From contig JBNJGC010000001.1 of the NCBI GenBank assembly GCA_051747405.1, positions 1-44,781 on the forward strand: 44,781 bases of DNA, read 5' to 3'. The stretch comes from Pseudomonadota bacterium. Its GTDB lineage: Bacteria; Pseudomonadota; Gammaproteobacteria; Thiohalomonadales; Thiohalomonadaceae. The notes beneath the pieces were generated by a model. It saw only the letters and a program-made list of their open reading frames with translations, did no database searches and was not told the origin of the DNA. Position numbers and translations under genes: made by a program. Of the stretch, positions 8,130 through 18,960 are shown one piece after another (position 1 is the stretch's first letter; the number at the start of each line of letters is the position of its first letter).

Positions 8130-10390
8130 CGCTGCTTGCCCTTCCCCTTGCCCTTGCGCTTCTTGCCACGGGGTTTGCCGGAGGGTTCCGGAGGGGGTTC
8201 GGCCAGAACATCGTTTTCGTCGAGGATAAGGTCAAAGTCGATCTTGCGCTCATCCAGATCGACCCGCGCCACCTGCACCTTCACTTTGTCGCCGAGGCGG
8301 TAGATCTTGCGGGTACGGTCCCCCACCATACGGTGGTGACTGGGGTCGAACTGGAAGTAGTCGTTACCCAGGCCGGTAACGTGCACCAGCCCCTCGACAT
8401 AGATCTCCTGCAGCTCGACGAAGATCCCAAAGCCGGTGACGCTGGTGATGATGCCTTCGAAGTTCTCTCCCACCTTGTCCATCATGTACTCGCACTTGAG
8501 CCAGTCCATGGCGTCGCGGGTGGCATCATCGGCGCGCCGCTCGGTCATCGAGCAGTGTTCGCCCAGGACCACCATATCCTCGGTGCTGTAGCGGAACTCC
8601 TCCACCGGCTTACCGGAGATGATGTGGCGGATGGCGCGATGCACCAGCAAGTCCGGGTAGCGCCGGATGGGCGAGGTGAAGTGGGTATAGGCCTTGTAGG
8701 CGAGACCGAAGTGTCCCTGATTATCCGGACTGTAGACCGCCTGATTCATGCTGCGCAGCATCACCGTCTGGATAAGGTGGGCATCGTCGCGGCCTTGGAT
8801 CTGTGCCATCAGCTCCGAGTAGTCGCGCCCCTCGGGTTTGTCGCCCCCCTTGAGTGAGAGACCGAGCTCGCCGAGAAACTCACGCAGGGCGTTGAGCTTC
8901 TCCTCCTTGGGCTTTTCGTGCACGCGGTAGAGGATGGGGATCTTGTGTTCACGCAGGAAGTCGGCGGTGGCGACGTTGGCCACCAGCATGCACTCTTCGA
9001 TGATGCGGTGGGCGTCGTTGCGCACCACGGGGACGATCTGTTCGATCTTCCGATCCTCACCAAAGACGATGCGTGTCTCGGTGGTATCGAAGTCGATGGC
9101 GCCGCGTTTGCGACGCTGCTCCAGCAGTTTTTTGAACACGCCGTGCAGATGTTCAAGGTAGGGCACCACCTCGTTGAACTGCTCGCGCTGGGCCGGGTCG
9201 TTATCCAGCAGGATCGCCGCCACGTTGTTGTAGGTGAGGCGGGCATGGGAATTCATCACTGCCGGGTAGAAGCTGTAGTCGTCCAGCTCACCCTTGGCAG
9301 TGATCTGCATATCGCAGACCATGCAGAGGCGATCCACCTTGGGATTGACCGAACACAGACCGTTGGAGAGCGCCTCCGGCAGCATCGGAATGACCCGCCC
9401 GGGGAAATAGACCGAATTGCCGCGCAGCCGCGCCTCGGCATCCAGCGCGCTAGCCGGCTCGACGTAGTGGGAGACATCTGCGATCGCCACCACCAGACGC
9501 CAGCCATCCCCCTGCGGCTCACAGAAAACCGCATCGTCAAAATCCATGGTATCTTCGCCGTCGATGGTCACCAGCGGCATGTCACGCAGATCGACACGCC
9601 CCTGCTTGTCCGCCTCATCCACTTCGGTGGGCAGGCGCTCACACTCGGCATCCACCATGGGTGACCACTCCAGCGGCAGGTCGTGGCTACGGATGGCCAC
9701 ATCGATCTCCATCCCCGGCGCCATATGATCCCCGAGGATCTCCACCACACGCCCCATCGCCTGGCGGCGCTTGGTGGGAAACTCGCGGATCTCGACCACC
9801 ACCAACTGGCCATCTTCGGCTCCATAGGCCTGGTCATTGGGAACCAGGATATCCTGGTTGACCCGCTTGTTGTCGGCGACCACGAAACCGACGCCGTTAT
9901 CGTTATGATAACGACCGGCAACACGGCCATTGGCATGTTCAAGCACTTCGACGATGGCCGCCTCGCGCCGACCGCGACGGTCCACCCCGGCCACACGGGC
10001 CAATACCCGATCACCGTGCAAACATCCGTGCATCTCCCGGGCGGAGAGGAAAAGGTCATCTCCCCCCTCGTCCGCCACCAGGAAGCCAAAGCCATCGGCG
10101 TGGCCGATGACCCGACCACGGATGAGCTGCATCTTGCTCACCAGGGCATAGCCGCCGCGGCGGTTGAAGATCACCTGGCCATCGCGCTCCATCGCGCGCA
10201 TGCGCCGGCGCAACGCCTCTAACTGGTCCTCATCTTCCAGCTCCAACCGCTCGGCAATTTCATGTCGGTTCAGCGGCTGGCCGGCTTCCTCCAGCAGCTG
10301 CATGATGAACTCGCGGCTGGGGATGGGATTATCATACTTCTGCGCTTCACGCTTCAGGTACGGGTCGTTCTCGGGTAATCGTTTTGGCAT
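8126..10390 (-). CDS. rnr: Ribonuclease R
   Basis: RNB-family exoribonuclease with cold-shock, RNB and C-terminal S1 domains plus a Lys-rich tail (KPRGKKRKGKGKGKQR). I prefer ATG 10390 (MPKRLPENDPY...) over the GTG at 10414 used by the ORF track. Confidence 0.92.
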   Translation of the reverse strand: MPKRLPENDPYLKREAQKYDNPIPSREFIMQLLEEAGQPLNRHEIAERLELEDEDQLEALRRRMRAMERDGQVIFNRRGGYALVSKMQLIRGRVIGHADGFGFLVADEGGDDLFLSAREMHGCLHGDRVLARVAGVDRRGRREAAIVEVLEHANGRVAGRYHNDNGVGFVVADNKRVNQDILVPNDQAYGAEDGQLVVVEIREFPTKRRQAMGRVVEILGDHMAPGMEIDVAIRSHDLPLEWSPMVDAECERLPTEVDEADKQGRVDLRDMPLVTIDGEDTMDFDDAVFCEPQGDGWRLVVAIADVSHYVEPASALDAEARLRGNSVYFPGRVIPMLPEALSNGLCSVNPKVDRLCMVCDMQITAKGELDDYSFYPAVMNSHARLTYNNVAAILLDNDPAQREQFNEVVPYLEHLHGVFKKLLEQRRKRGAIDFDTTETRIVFGEDRKIEQIVPVVRNDAHRIIEECMLVANVATADFLREHKIPILYRVHEKPKEEKLNALREFLGELGLSLKGGDKPEGRDYSELMAQIQGRDDAHLIQTVMLRSMNQAVYSPDNQGHFGLAYKAYTHFTSPIRRYPDLLVHRAIRHIISGKPVEEFRYSTEDMVVLGEHCSMTERRADDATRDAMDWLKCEYMMDKVGENFEGIITSVTGFGIFVELQEIYVEGLVHVTGLGNDYFQFDPSHHRMVGDRTRKIYRLGDKVKVQVARVDLDERKIDFDLILDENDVLAEPPPEPSGKPRGKKRKGKGKGKQR

Positions 10391-10482
10391 GTAAAACCTT
10401 TTTTGCTGCCCCACAGGGACGTTTTGTAAGCCCCTATTCTAACGTAGTTGAGGCGCCTTTGTGGAATGTTTAATTTCAGTGG

Positions 10483-10511
10483 TTGACAGAGTCGATATGA
10501 AGCTGTAAAGT
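10483..10511 (+). promoter_or_regulatory. sigma70 promoter of tRNA-Leu
   Basis: TTGACA (10483-10488), 17-nt spacer, TAAAGT (10506-10511), then a GC-rich discriminator (TCGCGTCC). It sits about 30 nt upstream of the mature tRNA 5' end. Confidence 0.6.
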
Positions 10512-10545
10512 TCGCGTCCTCTCGTGGCGCAAGCCGCGTGAGAAA

Positions 10546-10632
10546 GCCGAGGTGGTGAAATTGGTAGACACGCCAGCTTCAGGTGCTGGTGGGGGCAACC
10601 CCGTGGAGGTTCGAGTCCTCTCCTCGGCACCA
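10546..10632 (+). tRNA. tRNA-Leu (anticodon CAG), encoded CCA end
   Basis: 87 nt. Acceptor GCCGAGG/CCTCGGC, anticodon stem CCAGC/GCTGG with loop TTCAGGT (CAG), long variable arm, T-arm GAGG-TTCGAGT-CCTC, discriminator A plus CCA. Confidence 0.95.
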
Positions 10633-10644
10633 CACTCCGAAAAA

Positions 10645-10677
10645 CCCGCATCAGGGCATCCTGGTGCGGGTTTTTTT
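10645..10677 (+). terminator. Rho-independent terminator after tRNA-Leu
   Basis: 11-bp stem CCCGCATCAGG / CCTGGTGCGGG (one G-U pair), loop GCAT, followed by T7. Confidence 0.8.
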
Positions 10678-10758
10678 ATCTCCACGGATCGACGCTATGC
10701 CGTGCGCGCGCAAGCAGGGGGAGGGGTAGCCATAAAGCTCCACGAATGAGATCCCCCA

Positions 10759-11028
10759 TAGTGTAGTGTTTCATACTGATTGGCGCTTTCAGAGGCTCGC
10801 AAATGCCCCAAGACAAGGCGCAGCCCGCAGAGACTGGCCCACCCTTTTCAAGGGGGTGCAACGCAGGATTGGGGCATTTGCGGGCCTCCCTGCGGGCGCG
10901 GCGAGAAGCCGTCATCTGCGGGGCGTTGCGTTGCTTGGAAAGGGCGCGCCATTCCCTGCGCAACGCGCCTTGCAGCTAACGGCTTCTCGTCACGCTGAAA
11001 ACGTCAATCAGTATGAAGCACTACACTA
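10759..11028. mobile_element. 270-bp MITE-like element with 34-bp terminal inverted repeats and nested internal hairpins
   Basis: 10759-10792 (TAGTGTAGTGTTTCATACTGATTGGCGCTTTCAG) versus the reverse complement of 10995-11028 gives 31/34 matches, with the outer 24 bp at 23/24. Internal stems: 10795-10811 with 10869-10885 (16/17), and 10903-10912 with 10979-10988 (10/10). No transposase is present. Confidence 0.45.
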
Positions 11029-11075
11029 GTGGTGACGGCTGGAACGCAGGGCAACCGCATACTTTGTCGTCGCTG

Positions 11076-11171
11076 GTGTAAGCCCTTGATTTAGGGTCGT
11101 CTGCCGCAAGGACGCGGCAGTCGAGCCTCCAGGGAGGGATTCACGGCGTACCGTATATCAAGGGCTTACAC
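11076..11171. repeat. 96-bp palindromic element (15-bp perfect inverted termini)
   Basis: GTGTAAGCCCTTGAT (11076-11090) pairs with ATCAAGGGCTTACAC (11157-11171). An inner hairpin is CTGCCGC-AAGGAC-GCGGCAG (11101-11120). Confidence 0.5.
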
Positions 11172-11234
11172 TAGCTGTACGCGGGGTGTCATATAACTAT
11201 GCGCTCACCCTGGGCTGGAGCGCTATCCTGCGCC

Positions 11235-12557
<1,323 letters not shown>

Positions 12558-12648
12558 CTATTTCAGACACAGGCCAGCTCACCGCCCGAGCGACTCGGAC
12601 GCAGGCATACCTTGCGGCGTCATAACGCCGCTGAAAACAATGAAACCT

Positions 12649-13833
12649 TTATTGACTTTGAACCGCGACCGGCTGCCAGCGTCCTTCATGCAGCACAAGC
12701 TCCTGGTCGCAACCCATCTCCGATGCCCCGCCCTGCTGCCCCGGCAGTGCCTGGATGACACGCTGGCCCGAGGCACGCAAAGCCGATACCGCTTCAGCCA
12801 GCGCGGGGTCGTCGGCACAAGGGGCAAAGATACCATGAACCTCGGGGGATTTGGCATCCACATGGGTCAAAACGGTCTTCAGATCCGTGCTGAACCCGGT
12901 AGCCGGGCGTGCCCTGCCAAAGACCTTGCCGATGTCGTCGTAACGTCCGCCCTGGGCGATCGCCTGCCCCTGTCCCGGGACAAAGGCTGCGAACACGACG
13001 CCGGTGTGGTAGTTGTAGCCGCGTAGTTCGGCCAGGTCGAAGTGTACGCTGGTGCCGGGCAAAGCGTCGGCAACGGCGGCGATCTGCCCCAGGCTATCGA
13101 GTGCCTGGCGCACCGACTCATCGGCATCGGTGAGCAGTGAGGCGGCCTGCTCCAATACAGCGGCACCGCCATGCAGGTCCGCCAGACTGTCGAGCATACG
13201 GTGCAGTGTCGCGGGCAGATCCCGCTTTGCCAACAGTGCGGCGATCTCCGGCTTGGCCTTGCGCTGTAGCGCATCGAAGAGTTTCGCCTCGGTACGGGCA
13301 TCAAGCCCCGCCTGCTGGGCCAGGCCGCGGAAGATCCCCACATGGCCGATATCCAGATAGACGTGCTCGACACCCGCCGTATGCAGCGTCTGCACCATCA
13401 GGCGCAGCACCTCGGCGTCGCTCTCGATACCGGCATGGCCGTAGAGCTCCACACCCACCTGCATCGGGCTGCGGTTGCCGCCGTGGGTCGGCGGCAGAGT
13501 CCGCAACACCGTGCCCATGTAGCAGAGCCGTGTCGGCACATCACGTTTGAGGCAGTGGGCGTCGATGCGCGCCACCTGGGGGGTCATATCGGCTCGCAGC
13601 CCCATCAGGCGACCGGTCAGCTGATCGGTCAATTTAAAGGTCTGCAGGTCGAGATCATTGCCGGTACCGGTAAGCAGTGATTCCAGGTACTCAATAAACG
13701 GCGGCATCACCAGCTCATAGCCCCAGCTGCGATAGAGGTCGAGCAGGCGACGCAGGGTCGCCTCGAGCTGCTCGGCCTGCGGCGGCAGTAGCTCCTCGAT
13801 GCCCTCAGGCAGTAACCAACGATCGTTTTGCAT
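12649..13833 (-). CDS. hisZ: ATP phosphoribosyltransferase regulatory subunit HisZ
   Basis: HisRS-like paralogue of 394 aa. N-terminus WLLPEGIEELLPPQAEQLE...WGYELVMPPFIEYLESLL is typical of HisZ. It sits in the hflC-yjeT-hisZ-purA position. Confidence 0.9.
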   Translation of the reverse strand: MQNDRWLLPEGIEELLPPQAEQLEATLRRLLDLYRSWGYELVMPPFIEYLESLLTGTGNDLDLQTFKLTDQLTGRLMGLRADMTPQVARIDAHCLKRDVPTRLCYMGTVLRTLPPTHGGNRSPMQVGVELYGHAGIESDAEVLRLMVQTLHTAGVEHVYLDIGHVGIFRGLAQQAGLDARTEAKLFDALQRKAKPEIAALLAKRDLPATLHRMLDSLADLHGGAAVLEQAASLLTDADESVRQALDSLGQIAAVADALPGTSVHFDLAELRGYNYHTGVVFAAFVPGQGQAIAQGGRYDDIGKVFGRARPATGFSTDLKTVLTHVDAKSPEVHGIFAPCADDPALAEAVSALRASGQRVIQALPGQQGGASEMGCDQELVLHEGRWQPVAVQSQ

Positions 13834-13838
13834 GCTGT

Positions 13839-14027
13839 TCAGTTTTTAATCAGGTAGAAAAAGAGGGCACCGGCAGCCATGCTCACCAGTCCGGTCACGC
13901 GCAGTGAGCGCGCATCCATCGCCAGCATGGTCATCATCGCCTTGCGATAAGCGTGCGGCGAGAGTGCCGGTAGCAGCCCCTCGATTACCATCACCAGGGC
14001 CAGCGCGGCCCACAGTTCAGACCACAT
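13839..14027 (-). CDS. yjeT: DUF2065-family small membrane protein (YjeT-like)
   Basis: 62 aa with two hydrophobic helices. It occupies the conserved position immediately downstream of hflC. Confidence 0.75.
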   Translation of the reverse strand: MWSELWAALALVMVIEGLLPALSPHAYRKAMMTMLAMDARSLRVTGLVSMAAGALFFYLIKN

Positions 14028-14093
14028 GGATTAAAGTGCCTTCCAAAAAAAGCCGGGAAGCGTCGCAACGCTACCCGGCGGTTTACGTTACCA

Positions 14094-14969
14094 CTATCGC
14101 GCCGTGCCGGCGGCATCCTTGAAGTACTTGAAGAACTCCGAGGTCGGGTCCAGCACCAGCACATCCTCCTCATTGCTGAAGACATTCTGGTAGGCGTTCA
14201 GACTGCGGTAGAGCTCATAGAACTCCTCATCCTGACCGAAGGCCTTGGCATAGATATCGGCGGCGCGGGCATCGCCCTCACCACGCAGCCTTTCGGAGTC
14301 GCGATAGGCCTCGGCCAGAATCACCGTGCGCTGGCGATCCGCCTCGGCCCGAATCCGCTCGGCCGCCTCGGCACCCTGGGAGCGCAGCTCCTTGGCAACC
14401 CGTGAGCGCTCCGCTTCCATCCGACGATAGACCGAACCGGAGACCTCCGACGGCAGCTCGATACGCTTGATGCGCACATCCACCACTTCGATACCGAACT
14501 GTGTGGCCTGCTCTTCGATCTGTGCAGTGATCACGTTCATGATCTCGGAACGCTCACCGGAGATCGCCTCCTGGATGGTGCGCTTACCGAACTCGTCGCG
14601 CAGTCCGTTCTTGATTACCTGCGACAGGCGCAGACCGGCGTTACGCTGACTACCCGCCATGGTGGTGTAGTAATTGGCAACGTCGGAGATCCGCCACTTG
14701 ATGAAGGCGTCGACGATGACGTTCTTCTTCTCAAAGGTCAGATAGCGCTCCGGCTGTGCATCCAGAGTGAGGATACGGCTGTCAAACTTGCGCACGTTGT
14801 TGACGAACGGCAGCTTGAAGTAAATGCCGGGTTCGTAATCGGTCTCCACAATCTCACCCAGGCGGAATTTAATCGCAAGCTCGGTCTCGTCGACGATGAA
14901 AAAGGACATGGAGCCAAGCCATACCACCAGGGCGGCCAGGATCAAGGCAAAAGATTTAACCGGCGTCAT
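14094..14969 (-). CDS. hflC: FtsH protease modulator HflC
   Basis: SPFH/band-7 protein with an N-terminal TM segment. Its ATG overlaps the hflK TAA by 1 nt (TAATG). Confidence 0.93.
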   Translation of the reverse strand: MTPVKSFALILAALVVWLGSMSFFIVDETELAIKFRLGEIVETDYEPGIYFKLPFVNNVRKFDSRILTLDAQPERYLTFEKKNVIVDAFIKWRISDVANYYTTMAGSQRNAGLRLSQVIKNGLRDEFGKRTIQEAISGERSEIMNVITAQIEEQATQFGIEVVDVRIKRIELPSEVSGSVYRRMEAERSRVAKELRSQGAEAAERIRAEADRQRTVILAEAYRDSERLRGEGDARAADIYAKAFGQDEEFYELYRSLNAYQNVFSNEEDVLVLDPTSEFFKYFKDAAGTAR

Positions 14970-16156
14970 TAGCGCACCTCCCGGATTCGACGATCATCGC
15001 GCAGCCGGCTGTTCTGCGATGTGGAAGAGCTGCTGACCCCCGTCCTCTCGCTGTCACCGGGACGCTGCGCCTCGTAGCTTTTTGATGGCACAGTACCGAG
15101 CTGCCCGGCACCGCTGCGCTGCATCAGTTTGTCCAGCGGCAGATAGAGGAGGTTGTTACCACCATCGGTATCGACCACCACCTTGCTGCTCTTGTGCAGC
15201 ACCGACTCGAGGGTATCAAGATAGAGGCGCTTGCGGGTCACAGCCGGTGCCTTGCTGTACTCATTGAGGATACTGATAAAGCGGCTGGTCTCACCCTCGG
15301 CCTCGGCGATAACCTGCTCACGGTAGCCGCTGGCCTCTTCAAGCAGTCGCGCTGCCCGACCCCGTGCCTTGGGTAGGATATCGTTGGCATAGGCCTCGGC
15401 CTCATTCTTCAGCCGCTGCTCATCCTCGCGCGCCTTGACCGCATCGGCAAAGGCGCCCTGCACCTCCTCCGGCGCCTGGGCATCCTGCATGGTCAACTGG
15501 TTGACCACCAGGCCGGTTTTATAGCTGTCGAGAATATTCTGCATCAGTTGCTGGGCACGATTGACCACCTCGGCCCGACCGCCGGTAAGGACAAAGTCCA
15601 TCTCACTCTTGCCCACGATCTCGCGCACGGCACTCTCCATGGCCTGGCGCAGCGTCTCATCGGGACCGGTGATATTGAACAGGTAGTCACGGGCATCCCG
15701 CACCTGATACTGCACGGCGAACTTCACATCGACGATGTTCTCATCCTGGGTCAACATCAGCGACTCTTCCTTGCGCCCGCCCAGCTCGATGCTGCGGACA
15801 TTCTCCACATTCACCTTGCGAACCCGCTGGATAAAGCGCGGATACCAGTGTGGGCCGGGACGGGTGGTCTTGGTGTAGGCACCGAACTGGGTTACCACGC
15901 CGCGGGTCCCCTCGTCGACGATGTAGATGCCGGAGAGCGCCCAGACGATGAGTGCAATCACCACCACCAGTCCGATACCGCCGGCGCCGACACTGCCGCC
16001 GGAGGGACGACCTCCGCCGCCGCCCCCGCCAAAGAGGCCGCCAAACTTGCTTTGCAACTTGCGCACCACCTCGTCCAGATCCGGTGGGCCCTGTTCGTCG
16101 TTGCGGCCGCCCCAGGGGTCTTTGCCCCCGGAGCCACCCGGTTCGTTCCAGGCCAT
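14969..16156 (-). CDS. hflK: FtsH protease modulator HflK
   Basis: MAWNEPGGSGGKDPWGG... Gly-rich N-terminus, a TM segment and an SPFH domain; hflX-hflK-hflC synteny. Confidence 0.93.
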   Translation of the reverse strand: MAWNEPGGSGGKDPWGGRNDEQGPPDLDEVVRKLQSKFGGLFGGGGGGGRPSGGSVGAGGIGLVVVIALIVWALSGIYIVDEGTRGVVTQFGAYTKTTRPGPHWYPRFIQRVRKVNVENVRSIELGGRKEESLMLTQDENIVDVKFAVQYQVRDARDYLFNITGPDETLRQAMESAVREIVGKSEMDFVLTGGRAEVVNRAQQLMQNILDSYKTGLVVNQLTMQDAQAPEEVQGAFADAVKAREDEQRLKNEAEAYANDILPKARGRAARLLEEASGYREQVIAEAEGETSRFISILNEYSKAPAVTRKRLYLDTLESVLHKSSKVVVDTDGGNNLLYLPLDKLMQRSGAGQLGTVPSKSYEAQRPGDSERTGVSSSSTSQNSRLRDDRRIREVR

Positions 16157-16293
16157 TAGCTACTCCAAATGTCGATTGATTGAGCGGAAAGAATCCGCAG
16201 CAGTATGGATATGTTGCGCCGATTCTAGGGGTCTTGCCGGCACACCGCAAGGCGCAAAGCTCCGTGGGCCATTTTGGCAGACCGCCTGGGCGA

Positions 16294-17577
16294 CTAGGCC
16301 GGAGGCAACAGCTCGGCGAACTCCCCCTGTTTACGCAGTGCATCGAGGTATTGCGGTTCAATACTGATATCCAGCTCCCAGGTGCCGTCATCATCAAGCT
16401 TCTCGTCGACCACGGCACCCAGCTCATACAGCCGCGCCCGCAGCCGTGTGGCGGCAGGCGGCAACTGCAGACTGTAGCGGCGGCGTTTGACACTCAACCA
16501 CTGCTCCAGCACCTGGCGCAATAGCTCCATCCCCGCCCCGTCAGCGGCACTGAGATAGATACGGGTGACCTGCCCATCGGCGTCGCGCTCCACATGGGGC
16601 TCGAGACCATCGGCCAGGTCGATCTTGTTGTAGATGGCGATCTGCGGCACCTCATCGGCACCGATCTCATGCAGCACCTCATCCACCTGCTCGATCTTGG
16701 CGTCCCGCTCCTCGTCGCTGGCATCGATCACATGCAGCAGCAGGTCCGCCTCACGGCTCTCCTGCAGGGTGGACTGAAAGGCGGCCACCAGGTCGTGGGG
16801 CAGGTGCCGGATAAAGCCCACGGTGTCGGCCAGGATCAGGGCGTTACCGTTGTCCAGCTCCAGGCGGCGTAGGGTCGGGTCGAGGGTGGCGAAGAGCTGA
16901 TCGGCGGCATAGACCTCATCCACCGTCAGACGATTGAACAGCGTCGACTTGCCGGCGTTGGTATACCCCACCAGCGAGACCGTCGGCAGCTCGGCGCGCT
17001 TACGCGAGCGGCGCCCCTGTTCACGCTGTCGGCGGACCTTCTCCAGGCGTTTATTGAGGTTTTTGATCCGCTCGCCGATCAGCCGGCGATCGGACTCAAG
17101 CTGGGTCTCACCCGGCCCGCGCAGACCGATCCCCCCCTTCTGTCGCTCCAGGTGGGTCCAGCCTCGCACCAAACGGGTCGAAAGGTGGCGCAGCTGCGCC
17201 AGCTCCACCTGTAGTTTCCCCTCGTGGGAGCGGGCCCTTTGGGCGAAAATATCGAGGATAAGGCCCGTGCGATCGAGTACGCGGCATTTGAGCTTCTGCT
17301 CGAGGTTGCGCTCCTGGGCAGGGCTCAGGCCGTGGTTGACCAGCACCACCTCCGCCTCGCAGTCGTTGACCACCTGGGCGATCTCGTCGACCTTACCGCT
17401 GCCGACAAAGAATTTAGGTTCGGGCAGACGCCGCGCACCGGTCACCACCGCCACCGGCTCGGCACCCGCAGAGACCGCCAGATCCCGGAACTCGTCCAGA
17501 TCCTCACGATCGGTCTCCTGCTGCAGGTCCAGGTGAACCAGTACGGCGCGCTCGCCACTGCGGGGACGCTCAAACAA
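16294..17577 (-). CDS. hflX: GTPase HflX
   Basis: G1 motif GYTNAGKST, DTVGF, NKIDL, and an HflX N-terminal domain; located downstream of hfq. Confidence 0.95.
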   Translation of the reverse strand: MFERPRSGERAVLVHLDLQQETDREDLDEFRDLAVSAGAEPVAVVTGARRLPEPKFFVGSGKVDEIAQVVNDCEAEVVLVNHGLSPAQERNLEQKLKCRVLDRTGLILDIFAQRARSHEGKLQVELAQLRHLSTRLVRGWTHLERQKGGIGLRGPGETQLESDRRLIGERIKNLNKRLEKVRRQREQGRRSRKRAELPTVSLVGYTNAGKSTLFNRLTVDEVYAADQLFATLDPTLRRLELDNGNALILADTVGFIRHLPHDLVAAFQSTLQESREADLLLHVIDASDEERDAKIEQVDEVLHEIGADEVPQIAIYNKIDLADGLEPHVERDADGQVTRIYLSAADGAGMELLRQVLEQWLSVKRRRYSLQLPPAATRLRARLYELGAVVDEKLDDDGTWELDISIEPQYLDALRKQGEFAELLPPA

Positions 17578-17615
17578 GGCGGCCCCCCAGAGGCGTCACG
17601 GGTTGAGTGGAGAGA

Positions 17616-17879
17616 TCAGAAATTGTGGCTGGGCCCCACCGCCGTTTCACCGGCTGTCTCGGCAAAGTTCAGGCGCACATTGCGTGCCGGAACGATGGTG
17701 GAGATGGCGTGCTTGTAGACCATCTGGCTGACCGAGTTCTTCAGCAGCACTACAAACTGGTCGAAGGACTCCACCTGACCCTGCAACTTGATACCGTTGA
17801 CCAGGTAGATGGAGACCGGAATACGTTCCTTCCTCAGGGCGTTCAAGAATGGGTCCTGGAGTGCTTGCCCTTTGCTCAT
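17616..17879 (-). CDS. hfq: RNA chaperone Hfq
   Basis: [48 protein letters not shown].... I trimmed the ORF-track start (17933) to ATG 17879. Confidence 0.95.
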   Translation of the reverse strand: MSKGQALQDPFLNALRKERIPVSIYLVNGIKLQGQVESFDQFVVLLKNSVSQMVYKHAISTIVPARNVRLNFAETAGETAVGPSHNF

Positions 17880-18012
17880 ACTATTGCTCCTTTTGTTATT
17901 ATGCGGCGCAATACGCGCACCTAAAAAGCTCATGGTTGAATGTAATCAGTTAGTTATATAACAAATGCGTGACCGGAAAAGTGTCACGATGGTCCCTGAA
18001 GGCACCCTATCC

Positions 18013-18960
18013 CTACTCAATGGCGTTATCATCCAGGAATTTCAACACTTTTTCCAGCAACCTGCCGTCAAATGTAGCAAACCACTGTAAATCCCGCTCG
18101 CTGCGCAACCAGGTGAACTGGCGCTTGGCCAGCTGCCGTGTGGCAACGATCCCCCTCTCTGACATCTCCTCGCGGGAAAGTTCCCCAATCAGATACTGCC
18201 AGACCTGGCGATAGCCGACACAGCGGATCGACGGCAGATCGCTGTGCAGATCCCCCCGCCGGTAGAGTCTCTCCACCTCCTCCACCAGCCCCTGCTCCAG
18301 CATCAGAGAGAAGCGCCGGGCAATGCGCCGGTGGAGCTCGGCCCGATCATCGGGCGCCACCGCCAGCTTGACCACTCGATAGGGCAACGGGCGGGACTGG
18401 GCCTCGCGCCACAGCTCGCTGAGCGGGCGACCGGTCAGCGCATACACCTCCAGTGCCCGCTGTAGCCGCTGCGGGTCGTTGGGGTGAATCCGTTCAGCCG
18501 AGGCCGGGTCCACTGCGGCAAGACGGGCGTGCAGCTGCTCCCAGCCCACCTCGCCCGCCTCGCTCTCGAGCCGGGCGCGCAATGCCGGGTCGGCCTCCGG
18601 CAAGGACGCCAATCCCTGCTGCAAGGCCCGATAGTAGAGCATCGTCCCGCCCACCAGCAACGGAATGCGCCCCGCAGCGGTAATCGCCGCCATCTGGGCC
18701 AGCGCATCCTGGCGAAAACGGGCCGCCGAGTAGGCCTCCGCCGGGTCGAGAATATCGATCAGGCGGTGCGGCGCCTCAGCGAGCACCGCCGGCTCGGGCT
18801 TGGCGGTACCGATATCCATTTCGCGGTAAACCATTGCCGAGTCGACACTGATGATCTCCACCGGCAGCCGCCGCACCAGCTGCACGGCCAGATCGGTCTT
18901 TCCTGAGGCGGTGGGACCCATGAGAAAGATCGCCGGAGGCGCCGAACGGACCCCGTTCAC
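18013..18960 (-). CDS. miaA: tRNA dimethylallyltransferase MiaA
   Basis: P-loop [12 protein letters not shown], then [22 protein letters not shown]. The GTG start overlaps the mutL stop (GTGA). Confidence 0.93.
   Translation of the reverse strand: MNGVRSAPPAIFLMGPTASGKTDLAVQLVRRLPVEIISVDSAMVYREMDIGTAKPEPAVLAEAPHRLIDILDPAEAYSAARFRQDALAQMAAITAAGRIPLLVGGTMLYYRALQQGLASLPEADPALRARLESEAGEVGWEQLHARLAAVDPASAERIHPNDPQRLQRALEVYALTGRPLSELWREAQSRPLPYRVVKLAVAPDDRAELHRRIARRFSLMLEQGLVEEVERLYRRGDLHSDLPSIRCVGYRQVWQYLIGELSREEMSERGIVATRQLAKRQFTWLRSERDLQWFATFDGRLLEKVLKFLDDNAIE

Noticed and set aside
10766-11029. 87-aa ORF spanning the MITE-like element exactly from one terminal repeat to the other.
   Set aside because: It has a GTG start inside the repeat, no SD and an Arg/Ala/Gly-rich translation. 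Its open frame is most simply a by-product of the GC-rich palindromic structure.
10633-11234. A genomic island or prophage integrated at tRNA-Leu.
   Set aside because: There is no integrase, no direct repeat of the tRNA 3' end and only 555 bp of non-coding sequence. Only the small palindromic elements are present.
17880-17933. N-terminal extensions in the ORF track for hfq, tsaE (22667-22765), adk (35289-35354), hemH (34459-34737), thioredoxin (40945-41043), mobA (26825-26890), the PfkB kinase (25029-25250), the ATP-grasp gene (44640-44756) and rnr (10391-10414).
   Set aside because: In each case an internal ATG with an SD reproduces the canonical family N-terminus. The extension is unrelated sequence, and several extensions run into the upstream gene or a terminator.
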